Assembly (NCBI GenBank): GCA_963845275.1
Contig: CAWJRR010000012.1
Coordinates: 48,845 to 112,844, forward strand
Length of the DNA: 64,000 bases
Direction: 5' to 3'
DNA from: Candidatus Bathyarchaeota archaeon
GTDB lineage: Archaea; Thermoproteota; Bathyarchaeia; 40CM-2-53-6
Positions 28,430-36,540 of this stretch are shown piece after piece. The notes beneath the pieces are model-generated. The model did not search any database. It was given only the letters and a program-made list of their open reading frames with translations, and had not been told where the DNA came from. The stretch's first letter is position 1. Every line of letters begins with the position of its first letter. Made by a program: the position numbers and the translations under genes.

Positions 28430-28573
28430 ATGAGCTTGACGTACGTAAATGTCTGCAGGTGTGGTCATCATTATATGAGCCATCAGGGACCGGGCCGTGC
28501 TTGTACGCTTCCGAGTTGTGATTGTCAACGATTTATGCCAACAATGCGGCCAGTGACGCGTGACGGCCAGTGA
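28430..28573 (+). CDS. candidate 47-aa Cys/His-rich micro-protein (below the ORF-track cutoff)
   Basis: ATG at 28430, stop at 28571-28573. Translation: MSLTYVNVCRCGHHYMSHQGPGRACTLPSCDCQRFMPTMRPVTRDGQ. Coding status unproven. Confidence 0.25.
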   Translation: MSLTYVNVCRCGHHYMSHQGPGRACTLPSCDCQRFMPTMRPVTRDGQ

Positions 28574-28766
28574 CGGATCCTAACAGGCCCCAAGGGTTGG
28601 AGATCCATTTTATGCTAGTCAATTGTTAGGGTTTACGTCTGTTCCTGTCCGAGTTCACTAATTTCATGACAGGCCCCTGTAAGTAACGTGTAAGAGTTGG
28701 AGATGTGTTTTATACGATACGAACAGACGAACATAAGTCAGCACTGCAGCACGGCGAAGTGGCGTT

Positions 28767-28789
28767 AGGTCCCGTAAAAAGAGGGACCT
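28767..28789. repeat. hairpin AGGTCCC-GTAAAAAGA-GGGACCT (copy 2 of 2)
   Basis: Same stem as 28316-28338; the loop differs at 3 positions. Confidence 0.8.
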
Positions 28790-29340
28790 GATTCTACTTC
28801 TTGATGAGAGTCGGGACGACTAGATCAACTAGACCCAATTCCATTGTTTTCGCATAACATCACGTAATTGATGAGGGATTTGGTTATTAGATCCAGTCTC
28901 CATAACGAGCAGTGAAAATATGAGAGATGACAAACGCGTGAACCTAGACCGTAAACCAATGAGTCGGCAATGGTATGGCGGCATTCTCTCCTATGCCATG
29001 GCAAGCTTACTCATCGATCTTCAAACTGCAAAAGTAGAGAGAATTAGATTAGAGAAAAGTAGGGAATGAACGCGGAGACGCGAACATTCCTCAACCCCGT
29101 TTTTTTGCAACAATTCCCTGGTTACGCGTAGTCTATGATGTGGATAATCGTGTAGACGGTCGAAGATGAAGGGCACATCAATAAGCATCAATACAGAAAG
29201 CAAGAGGCCGTGCTGCCGCCGACGAAACTGGGACCGTTCACAGATCAAGAAATCGTGGTCCTAAAGAAGCTGGTACATGCTCTAGTCTGATTGGAAATAG
29301 TATCCATATTCATAAATCGTCAAAAGGGGTTGTTCATCCT

Positions 29341-29664
29341 ATGTCATTCAGTATGGAAGAAGAGGACTATTTGCTTCACGCCGACCCGGATGAAATCCTA
29401 ACAGAGATGTTCCACAAGGAAAAGTCCTCCTTCACTAAGGGGAACATTAAGCAGAACATTACCAGATTAAGGGAACTTGTCAAGTACCGTTATAACAATC
29501 AGATAAAAGCGGTAAACATAGGCGATACATCCAAGGCAATGGAATGTTATAAAAGCGGAGACGTGGAGAAACTTATGGCAAGAAGAGACAATCTACCAGA
29601 ATCGATTAATGACAAGAAAATAGAATTTCTTTGGCAGACGGAAGTTGGCAAGCCTCACGGTTAG
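29341..29664 (+). CDS. hypothetical protein
   Basis: 107-aa ORF, charged and helical-looking. No family recognised. Confidence 0.35.
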   Translation: MSFSMEEEDYLLHADPDEILTEMFHKEKSSFTKGNIKQNITRLRELVKYRYNNQIKAVNIGDTSKAMECYKSGDVEKLMARRDNLPESINDKKIEFLWQTEVGKPHG

Positions 29665-29694
29665 TCTATTCATCACGATCAAGGATGAATGATA

Positions 29695-29886
29695 TTACTC
29701 TCGTTTAGTGACTAGGATGACGTGCCCCTGCAAGAGGTAGAAGCTCTCCGTGTCCTTTGTTGGATTCACTCCTAGAAATACTGCGCCGTTCTTCGCAAAG
29801 CTAATTCCCGTGTTTTCAACGTCATCTGTTTTAATGGTCAAAACATCCGTGTTAGCAGGACGTTCGAATATCTGTTTCACTCTCAC
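29695..29886 (-). CDS. hypothetical small protein
   Basis: 63-aa ORF. No family recognised. Confidence 0.25.
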   Translation of the reverse strand: MRVKQIFERPANTDVLTIKTDDVENTGISFAKNGAVFLGVNPTKDTESFYLLQGHVILVTKRE

Positions 29887-30056
29887 TTTCTCCTAAGCCC
29901 TGCTCAACGTTGTTTGATTCTATAAGACTTCGCGCATTTCGGTCGCAATCTGACCGTTATTCTGTGCGAATGTATACGACCAGACCTACACGCAGCTGCC
30001 AGAAACACCTCCCTCCCTAGGGGGTTATAGTTTATCCTAGCTATCCTTCAATCCGG

Positions 30057-30242
30057 TTTTGTGTGTGTGCGCACCAGTAGACTCTGATTAAGTCGATATG
30101 ATTTGCGCGTGCACGCAGTTCGACGACAGAACTTGCTTTCTTTGGGTGGTGGTTATCCCGATCCGGGCATCGGGAATTGAACCGTCGTCAGTTGTCATCT
30201 GATTTTTCTGGTGGTGGTGCGCACCAGCACACACGAAATCTG
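30057..30242. repeat. MITE-like 186-bp element built from R-repeat parts
   Basis: The left end TTTTGTGTGTGTGCGCACCAG and the reverse complement of the right end (TTTCGTGTGTGCTGGTGCGCACC) form terminal inverted repeats. The right 100 nt (30144-30242, minus strand) align with R1, including GACGACGGTTCAA(A)TTC and CCACCACC. Confidence 0.55.
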
Positions 30243-30309
30243 TTTCCGAAAACGAATTGAGCGAGACGAGCATTACGTATAGAGCGCGGGTTGAGGGAGG
30301 TGAATTGTT

Positions 30310-30978
30310 GTGAAGACGGATTCAGAATTGCAACGAGATGTTATGAGTGAGCTCAAGTGGGAGCCGTCCATTCATGCTGCAGAGATTGGTGTTGCTGTCA
30401 AGGATGGCGTGGTTACGCTGAGCGGCGATCTTGACAGTTTCGCCAAGAGGTGGACTGCCGAGCGTGCTGCCAAGCGGGTTTACGGCGTCAGAGCAATAAC
30501 CGACGCGATCAATGTCAGCCTGCCTGACCCTTACAAGCGCACCGACGAAGATATTGCCCGGTTGGCGACAGACATTCTCAACTGGAACTTTTGGATACCG
30601 CGTGACCGCGTCAAGGTGATGGTGCAGAACGGTCGGATTACTCTGAGTGGCGACGTGGATTGGTTTTACCAAAAAGTGATTGCGGAGGATTCCGTACGTC
30701 ACATGATAGGGATTTCGGGCGTGACCAACAGGATCACAATTAAACCGCCGGTGCCTACGGTGAAAGTATTCGAGGTTAAGAGCGGAATCGAAGACGCGCT
30801 TAAGCGCAATGCCAGATTGCTTCGAGATGCCGACAAGATTCGGGTGGAAATTTCAGGTAGCAAGGTGATTCTGCATGGCAGCGTAGGCTCCTGGGCAGAC
30901 TATGAGGAAGCCGAATACGCCGCCTATTGTGCCCCCGGCGTGTCTGAAGTCGATAACAAACTAACGGTTGCAGGTTAG
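30310..30978 (+). CDS. BON-domain protein (three BON repeats, OsmY-like)
   Basis: The repeat (V..L.W.P.....I.V.V.DG.VTLSG.V.S...K..AE.AA..V.GV..V.N.I.V) occurs three times. GTG start in the ORF track. The region looks more GC-rich than its surroundings by eye. Confidence 0.75.
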   Translation: MKTDSELQRDVMSELKWEPSIHAAEIGVAVKDGVVTLSGDLDSFAKRWTAERAAKRVYGVRAITDAINVSLPDPYKRTDEDIARLATDILNWNFWIPRDRVKVMVQNGRITLSGDVDWFYQKVIAEDSVRHMIGISGVTNRITIKPPVPTVKVFEVKSGIEDALKRNARLLRDADKIRVEISGSKVILHGSVGSWADYEEAEYAAYCAPGVSEVDNKLTVAG

Positions 30979-31119
30979 ACTAAGCAGGCAAACCCCTGTT
31001 CCTATCTTCTCTCTTTTTTTGGTGCAGCCGAGCCAACATGACAGTAATTTTCCAGAAATCGAAGTATCCGTTATTCCCTGTCGCCAACTGTAGCCTCGTC
31101 CCACTCAACCCATAGTGGG

Positions 31120-32334
31120 TTAGTCTCCGGCAAAGAAATGCATTCGTTTCATTGCGATTGCTGCTCCTACTCCAATCACCGCAATGATTGATAATGAGGT
31201 AAACGCTGATTCATATGCGTGTGTGCTATCCAGGACATAACCAAGGATCAATGGAGAAAATGCTGACACGCCGAAACTTGTTGCGTTAAACACACCAAAC
31301 ATAGCTCCTGCGCGCTTATCTCCCGCAGCATGTGGCACTCCTGCAAATGTTGGGCCAAAATAAAACATGGTTGCAAAGCCAATTAACGCAACTAAGACCA
31401 ATACAGAGATGATGGAGTAACTGTAGCCCAACCATATGGGGAACAATGCGCACATCAACATGGACACTAGGATAACATTGTCTCCGCCAATCTTTCTCGA
31501 ACTCAAGCCTCCCGCATATGAAGCTAACATGGTCAGTATACCTACAAGAGATGTGACGAATCCACCGGCGATGGTTGAAAAGTCAAATCGCAACATCAGG
31601 AATTGCGGCGTGAACTGCAGCACTCCAGATGCTACAGACAACCCCGAGAAGTTAACTATAGCTAGGAGAGGCAGAGCGCGCGTGACACCTTTTGCTGTAT
31701 TTACCACAACAGTATCTCTCTCGACATCCACGGGTCTTGCCGCATTCTTTAGAAAAATCCAGGCCAAGAGTGCAGTAAGAGAGGCGAATATTCCTGAAAA
31801 GAGTGAACCCATTCTCCAACCAAAATACTCCACCACGATCGAGCCAATAGTATATGTCACAACGAAACCTAGCCCTTGCCCTAATCCGAAGATGCCCATG
31901 GCCATGTTTCTTTCCTTGGGAGGGTACCAGTCAGACAGCAACCTTACTGCAGAGGGTAGTACAAGCCCCCCGGTGAAACCAGCCAAACATCTAAGGAGTA
32001 GGGCTACGTCGAAGTTGAACGAAAATGAGAAGAGTAGAGCCGAGATCGCCATTATCGACACCCCAATCGATGCCACATTTTTCCCTCCGTACTTGTCGCT
32101 GAGGAATCCGGCAGGTATCTGAGCGATCGCGTACATTATCGAAAACAGGGAAAGAAGAAGTGCGAACTGGGTATTACTCAAAGCAAGTTCGTCTTTTAAG
32201 CCCCCGAGTATCGATGTGAATGAGAAGAGCATCATCAATGATAGGAAAGAGACAGTTAGGGAAAAAAGAATTACTCGTCTATATGACGCGTCTCCGACTC
32301 GTTCTTTCTTCGTCATTGAAACCAGGTTGTCCAA
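31120..32334 (-). CDS. MFS transporter
   Basis: 404 aa, about 12 TM helices, with the MFS loop motif GFLSDKYGGK between TM2 and TM3. Confidence 0.8.
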   Translation of the reverse strand: MDNLVSMTKKERVGDASYRRVILFSLTVSFLSLMMLFSFTSILGGLKDELALSNTQFALLLSLFSIMYAIAQIPAGFLSDKYGGKNVASIGVSIMAISALLFSFSFNFDVALLLRCLAGFTGGLVLPSAVRLLSDWYPPKERNMAMGIFGLGQGLGFVVTYTIGSIVVEYFGWRMGSLFSGIFASLTALLAWIFLKNAARPVDVERDTVVVNTAKGVTRALPLLAIVNFSGLSVASGVLQFTPQFLMLRFDFSTIAGGFVTSLVGILTMLASYAGGLSSRKIGGDNVILVSMLMCALFPIWLGYSYSIISVLVLVALIGFATMFYFGPTFAGVPHAAGDKRAGAMFGVFNATSFGVSAFSPLILGYVLDSTHAYESAFTSLSIIAVIGVGAAIAMKRMHFFAGD

Positions 32335-32355
32335 CCTTCCGAAAGAGTCTATCGC

Positions 32356-33162
32356 TTAATTATAATCCAAGAAAGGCTGCAGTGGTTTTTGACCGTGAGC
32401 TAGTATCAGGCTGTGTGGACACGTCCCGTTGAATTCGCAGCTTCTACATTTAGCTATGTTTTGTGTAGAAATCGGCTCTCGTTGTGACAACCAGTAAGCT
32501 TCGGCCCACCTGAATTCACCGATCACATCCTGCTTACGGTAATCGACTATGTGCTTCGTCGATCCGTCGAATTCACTCGTTGTGGTCTTGTCTAGGCCAT
32601 TCAAGAGCTCTCTGATAGATGCGCGCAGAAATTTGTCCTTGTGCCCTTCAGAAAATCCATTTTGCCTGCGAATCCGAATGACAACAAGCTTCAGCTTTGA
32701 GCAGTCAAATCCCATTTCGTCTAGAATGAGCCCATATATTTGGGCCTGCAGAAGCTGGTCCTTCCACAATCGAGATGTGTCGCCCTTGGTTGTCTTGAGT
32801 TCAATAAGGTAGGTCGGGGTTCCTTTGAGAAACACTATGGCATCTGGCACGCCAACAATAACGAGCCTCGAGAGTCTGGCATATATCGGAAATGAAGCAA
32901 CGAGAATCTTCCTTTTCTTGATATTCTTAATCAAATCATCACGCGTTGTCTTAGTCATCTGAATTAGCTGTTCATGAAGTCTCCTACCTTCGGTCTTCGC
33001 CTCGGTCTCGATGTCTCCGTATAGATATTCCATCTCCACTTTCTGTTCGCAATAGTATTGTTGGGCAATCCCGGATGTCGGGACCATCGAAATGCCGTGT
33101 CGAAATAACTGATTTGACCGCGAACGCTTCTTGAAGTTTCTGATTGAATCTTCCCACAGCAT
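32356..33162 (-). CDS. stand-alone Cas4-like / RecB-family PD-(D/E)XK nuclease with 4-Cys cluster
   Basis: N-terminal Cys (QQYYCEQK), the D..(12)..ELK nuclease motif (VPDAIVF...YLIELKTTKG), QxxxY (QAQIYG), and the C-terminal C-x2-C-x5-C motif (CRSCEFNGTC). Confidence 0.65.
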   Translation of the reverse strand: MLWEDSIRNFKKRSRSNQLFRHGISMVPTSGIAQQYYCEQKVEMEYLYGDIETEAKTEGRRLHEQLIQMTKTTRDDLIKNIKKRKILVASFPIYARLSRLVIVGVPDAIVFLKGTPTYLIELKTTKGDTSRLWKDQLLQAQIYGLILDEMGFDCSKLKLVVIRIRRQNGFSEGHKDKFLRASIRELLNGLDKTTTSEFDGSTKHIVDYRKQDVIGEFRWAEAYWLSQREPISTQNIAKCRSCEFNGTCPHSLILAHGQKPLQPFLDYN

Positions 33163-33285
33163 ATCTTCTCACTTCGATTCTCTCTCGCGGAGCTTCACCG
33201 ATTTCGCACAAGGTTGTGTCTCAACCTGAAGCTGTTTTGTGCTTTGATGTCTCCTCCACTTTCTATATACGCTTTATACCCAAAT

Positions 33286-33315
33286 AGTGGTGGGGCCGGT
33301 GGGATATGAACCCAC
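33286..33315 (-). repeat. attL: displaced copy of the tRNA 3' end
   Basis: AGTGGTGGGGCCGGTGGGATATGAACCCAC versus AGTGGTGGGGCCGGTGGGATTTGAACCCAC at 42626-42655 (one A/T difference, in the T-loop). Confidence 0.75.
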
Positions 33316-33321
33316 TACATC

Positions 33322-33413
33322 GTGGGTTCAGAAAGATTCCTCCCACAGGAATCATTCGCATGTATCCCCGGTAGTTGTGAGAAAGCGTTGACGTGAATTC
33401 AACGGTTCCAAGC
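33322..33413 (+). repeat. 92-nt direct repeat, copy A
   Basis: GTGGGTTCAGAAAGATTCCTCCCACAGGAATCATTCGCATGTATCCCCGGTAGTTGTGAGAAAGCGTTGACGTGAATTCAACGGTTCCAAGC. About 85 percent identical to 35484-35574. Confidence 0.8.
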
Positions 33414-33601
33414 AAAAGCCGTCATTATGAATCGGTAACCGCCCCCAAACCAGAGTTCAAATTCGGTCGCCCGCTACAGTCTACCACACCATCGCCGCGT
33501 TATGGCGGCCGTTGAGAACCTGACATATAACGTAGGGAATGCAAAATCTTAACCCGAATCTTTGCAGCGTTTGTCTTTGAGGAAGACCGGAGGCAAGTCA
33601 G

Positions 33602-33916
33602 ATGGGATGGGGATATTGGAGGAATGAAAAGGAGCGATTCGCAGCTAACTGCATGTTCAATGTAACCTGTGAGAATGGCCATACGCAGGAGCTTTCCGCG
33701 ATGGGTCTGAAGAAACGACTAGTTGAAGGATTCCGCGGGAGACTAGTCTTCTGCGGCGAATGCGGCATGAAATACAAGAAGGTCATGTCGCTGACTCAGG
33801 GACGAGCGCTAAACGATGAAGAACGTAAGAAGCAAGAAGAGGATTGGCTGAACATGCAAGCGCAAAAGCGGAAAGAATTGGAGCACCTCAACGACCTCTC
33901 CGGATTATATGGTTGA
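33602..33916 (+). CDS. hypothetical zinc-ribbon protein with charged C-terminal helix
   Basis: 104 aa. Contains ..CENGH..x..FCGECG.. followed by a Lys/Glu-rich coiled-coil-like tail. Confidence 0.4.
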   Translation: MGWGYWRNEKERFAANCMFNVTCENGHTQELSAMGLKKRLVEGFRGRLVFCGECGMKYKKVMSLTQGRALNDEERKKQEEDWLNMQAQKRKELEHLNDLSGLYG

Positions 33917-34052
33917 GGGACTTCATGAAGGCATCGTTACGTGGATTCGGCGAGATGAAAAGCGTAAAAAGAGTCACTTATTCAATTATGGCTTTCCATC
34001 GTTGAGAGAGCGACAGCTTTTACCCTTGAATTGAAATAATGAGAAAGAAATA

Positions 34053-34853
34053 ATGAGAAAGAAGCTAGTATTGGCGCTTGGCCTGATAATTGTCGCTGCT
34101 GCGTCATTTTCTGTATTCGAAATCGAAAACCAGTTCGGCTCGCCCGGTCAACCCTTTCAAGCAAGCGATTTCTTAGGCAACTGGATTACAACCAATAATG
34201 CCGTAATTCAACAGTATACATATCGACTTCTTGATTTCGAAATCTCACAAAATCAAACAACCTACACAATCTACGTTGAAACTTCCGGCGAGGGCCCTAC
34301 GAAATCGGGAACGACTCTCACAGTAACCCCGCCAAACGCCTATGCGTTCTTCATATTCCAGCCGTCTGCTTACGGCCCAGATTTCACAAGCGACAATATG
34401 AGGCTTCACATGCTTGACAAGGACTCAATACAGGTCAATGAGTCGCTTCAACGCTCCCAGTCTGTATCTTCTTCCACAGCTCCTACCAATGTGACTGAGG
34501 TGTTCGAAAGGTCGGACCAGTATGGACAGATGCTTCTCCGAAGCTACTCATGGGCCATGTCAAGTAATAACATAACTCTGACTCTTGAGAACTCTGGAAC
34601 TTTAGTCCCAATTAACCTCGCTCAAAGTAAGGTCTTCATCAATGGAGTACCCGCAGCTCAGCCTTCGGGCGATTGCAATAACCCTCTCTTCAATCCGCTA
34701 TCATGGTGCACCTATAGTTTCATAGCGCCGGAAGGCACATGGGTTTCTGGTGTAGCCTACCCGCTCAAAATCGTGACGCCCTATGGCGAAGTTTTCTCCT
34801 TCAAGATAACTGCCGGAGCGATATGCACTAGCAATACGGCTTGCGGTTATTGA
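34053..34853 (+). CDS. hypothetical secreted protein
   Basis: 266 aa with an N-terminal signal/anchor (LVLALGLIIVAAASFSV). No family recognised. Confidence 0.45.
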   Translation: MRKKLVLALGLIIVAAASFSVFEIENQFGSPGQPFQASDFLGNWITTNNAVIQQYTYRLLDFEISQNQTTYTIYVETSGEGPTKSGTTLTVTPPNAYAFFIFQPSAYGPDFTSDNMRLHMLDKDSIQVNESLQRSQSVSSSTAPTNVTEVFERSDQYGQMLLRSYSWAMSSNNITLTLENSGTLVPINLAQSKVFINGVPAAQPSGDCNNPLFNPLSWCTYSFIAPEGTWVSGVAYPLKIVTPYGEVFSFKITAGAICTSNTACGY

Positions 34854-35425
34854 AGATGGAAAACATGCTTGAGAACTTCAGTCAGAGGAGCACTCAGCCA
34901 CCCGTATTTGGCTAGGGCTTTCATGGCTTTCTTTACCAGCTTGTTGGTTAGCGTTCCTTCTTGAGCCGCTTTCTCTAGCGTATCGAGGGTTCTTTCAATA
35001 TTGGATTTCTCTTGGTCGTTTATGTCAGTGCGTTGACTAACCATGTCTCTAAGCATCTTGAATGTGACGTTCTGTGTTTGAACGACTTTACTTCCGTGAC
35101 CCATTTGCGCTACTTGACCGAGGTTCGTTCCAATTTGCAGGAAGTTATAATTGATTTCAAACTTTGCAGCAATATCAGCATTCTCGACTACATCTACCCC
35201 AAGGTGCGAGATTCGAACCATTATGGGAATTGTTGCACTTCCACCTTCTTGACCATCAATCAAGCCACAGCCGTAAAGATAGTTTACGGCGGCAAAGAGC
35301 AAATTTTGCGCTACATCTGGAATCGCTTGTTGAAGATGGCCTAAGTCTACCCAGTCACCCGCTTTTTGCATTTCATGGTCATAGAGAGCACGTAAAATCC
35401 TAGCCCGAATTTCCCTGTTGTCCAA
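34847..35425 (-). CDS. hypothetical protein, possible N-terminal winged-helix
   Basis: 192 aa. The N-terminus (IRARILRALYDHE...) looks wHTH-like. No family recognised. Confidence 0.4.
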   Translation of the reverse strand: MDNREIRARILRALYDHEMQKAGDWVDLGHLQQAIPDVAQNLLFAAVNYLYGCGLIDGQEGGSATIPIMVRISHLGVDVVENADIAAKFEINYNFLQIGTNLGQVAQMGHGSKVVQTQNVTFKMLRDMVSQRTDINDQEKSNIERTLDTLEKAAQEGTLTNKLVKKAMKALAKYGWLSAPLTEVLKHVFHLQ

Positions 35426-35483
35426 TATGGTTCCAAGGAAAGTAGTGGTAAGTACGGTCTTATCAACTGACTCTCTACAGTCA

Positions 35484-35574
35484 GTGGGTTCAGTAATATC
35501 CTACCACAGGAAGCATTGGCACGTATCCCCAGTAGTTGTGAGAAAGCCTTGACGTGAATTCAACGGTTCGAAGC
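35484..35574 (+). repeat. 92-nt direct repeat, copy B
   Basis: GTGGGTTCAGTAATATCCTACCACAGGAAGCATTGGCACGTATCCCCAGTAGTTGTGAGAAAGCCTTGACGTGAATTCAACGGTTCGAAGC. Confidence 0.8.
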
Positions 35575-35648
35575 CACCCGTCCCTAGAATCAAGAGCCTC
35601 TTGTTCAGTGTCGGGTTTTGGTAACTTGACTGAGGGCGAACTTAGACT

Positions 35649-35942
35649 TTGCCCCTTTTTTCCCGTAAGGTAACTTGGGTGGGCGTTTTAAATCCGCAGA
35701 CGGTAGCTCTCATAGTCATGATTGGCACGCTATCAAATTCCACTCTTCCGAATCAACCTCTTCCCAACTTAAGTTTCGAGTGGTGGAATCTGATTATCGG
35801 ATTCGCTACCCTATTGGTAGTCGTATTGGAGGGCTTGCCTTTTTTATTGGCTGGATACACAAACCTCGACTCAAATTCATTCGAGAGTCGGTTGAGAGCA
35901 ACCAAATATCCGAACAGAAGATGGAGTATACAATTCTCTTAG
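35649..35942 (+). CDS. hypothetical small membrane protein (two TM helices)
   Basis: 97-aa ORF with clear hydrophobic helices. It competes with the N-terminal third of the 35675-36379 ORF, which is in another frame. Confidence 0.35.
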   Translation: MPLFSRKVTWVGVLNPQTVALIVMIGTLSNSTLPNQPLPNLSFEWWNLIIGFATLLVVVLEGLPFLLAGYTNLDSNSFESRLRATKYPNRRWSIQFS

Positions 35943-36379
35943 AAGTACAGAATCAAAGGAAAAATCCAGCAACACACTGCGAGGCTCGCTTTACTGTTAA
36001 GTCGCAAAAGGAAGCCGATTTGCCACCATGGGGTATTCTTCCTTGGATATACGAAGACGAACACCGAGAGAACGTTGGCAATCTAACCTACAAAGGCAGA
36101 GCAAGAATAGAGTTGGTCAAACTGACTGTAACCGAAACTGCGCTTCCCGAAGGCCAGACCTCATACCAATACACAATAGGAGCAAAGCAGGTCGCCATGT
36201 ATGTAACCAATCATCCGACAGAGACGGTTCAGAGGGGACGATTGCGCATTCTCCTCGATGTCTGTGCTCTAGCTATCTATAACATCTCAATCTTCGGCGA
36301 TTATGGCGTTGAAAAGCATGCCCAATTGACCGTGGAACTGAAATCGAAACCTCACCTAGAACATTTTGTTGAATTATAG
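35921..36379 (+). CDS. hypothetical protein
   Basis: Portion of ORF 35675-36379 starting from the internal Met (MEYTILLEVQN..). The upstream part overlaps the better-looking membrane ORF. A frameshifted single gene is also possible. Confidence 0.35.
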   Translation: MEYTILLEVQNQRKNPATHCEARFTVKSQKEADLPPWGILPWIYEDEHRENVGNLTYKGRARIELVKLTVTETALPEGQTSYQYTIGAKQVAMYVTNHPTETVQRGRLRILLDVCALAIYNISIFGDYGVEKHAQLTVELKSKPHLEHFVEL

Positions 36380-36540
36380 AGGCAATCATTTTTCTTTAAC
36401 TTCCATGGCGGGCGATCCTAGCGGCATCAGTGGGGGGTAACCTTTACCGAGCGGTGAAAATGCAATGTTTGGTAGAGAATCAGGCGGATATTCTGTTTGG
36501 GTCATATTGACAGTGGCACTGGCAGGTCTGGGAATCAGTC

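Noticed and set aside
31436-32122. 228-aa plus-strand ORF inside the MFS transporter gene.
   Set aside because: It is entirely antisense to a convincing 12-TM MFS ORF, has no motif, and has odd composition.
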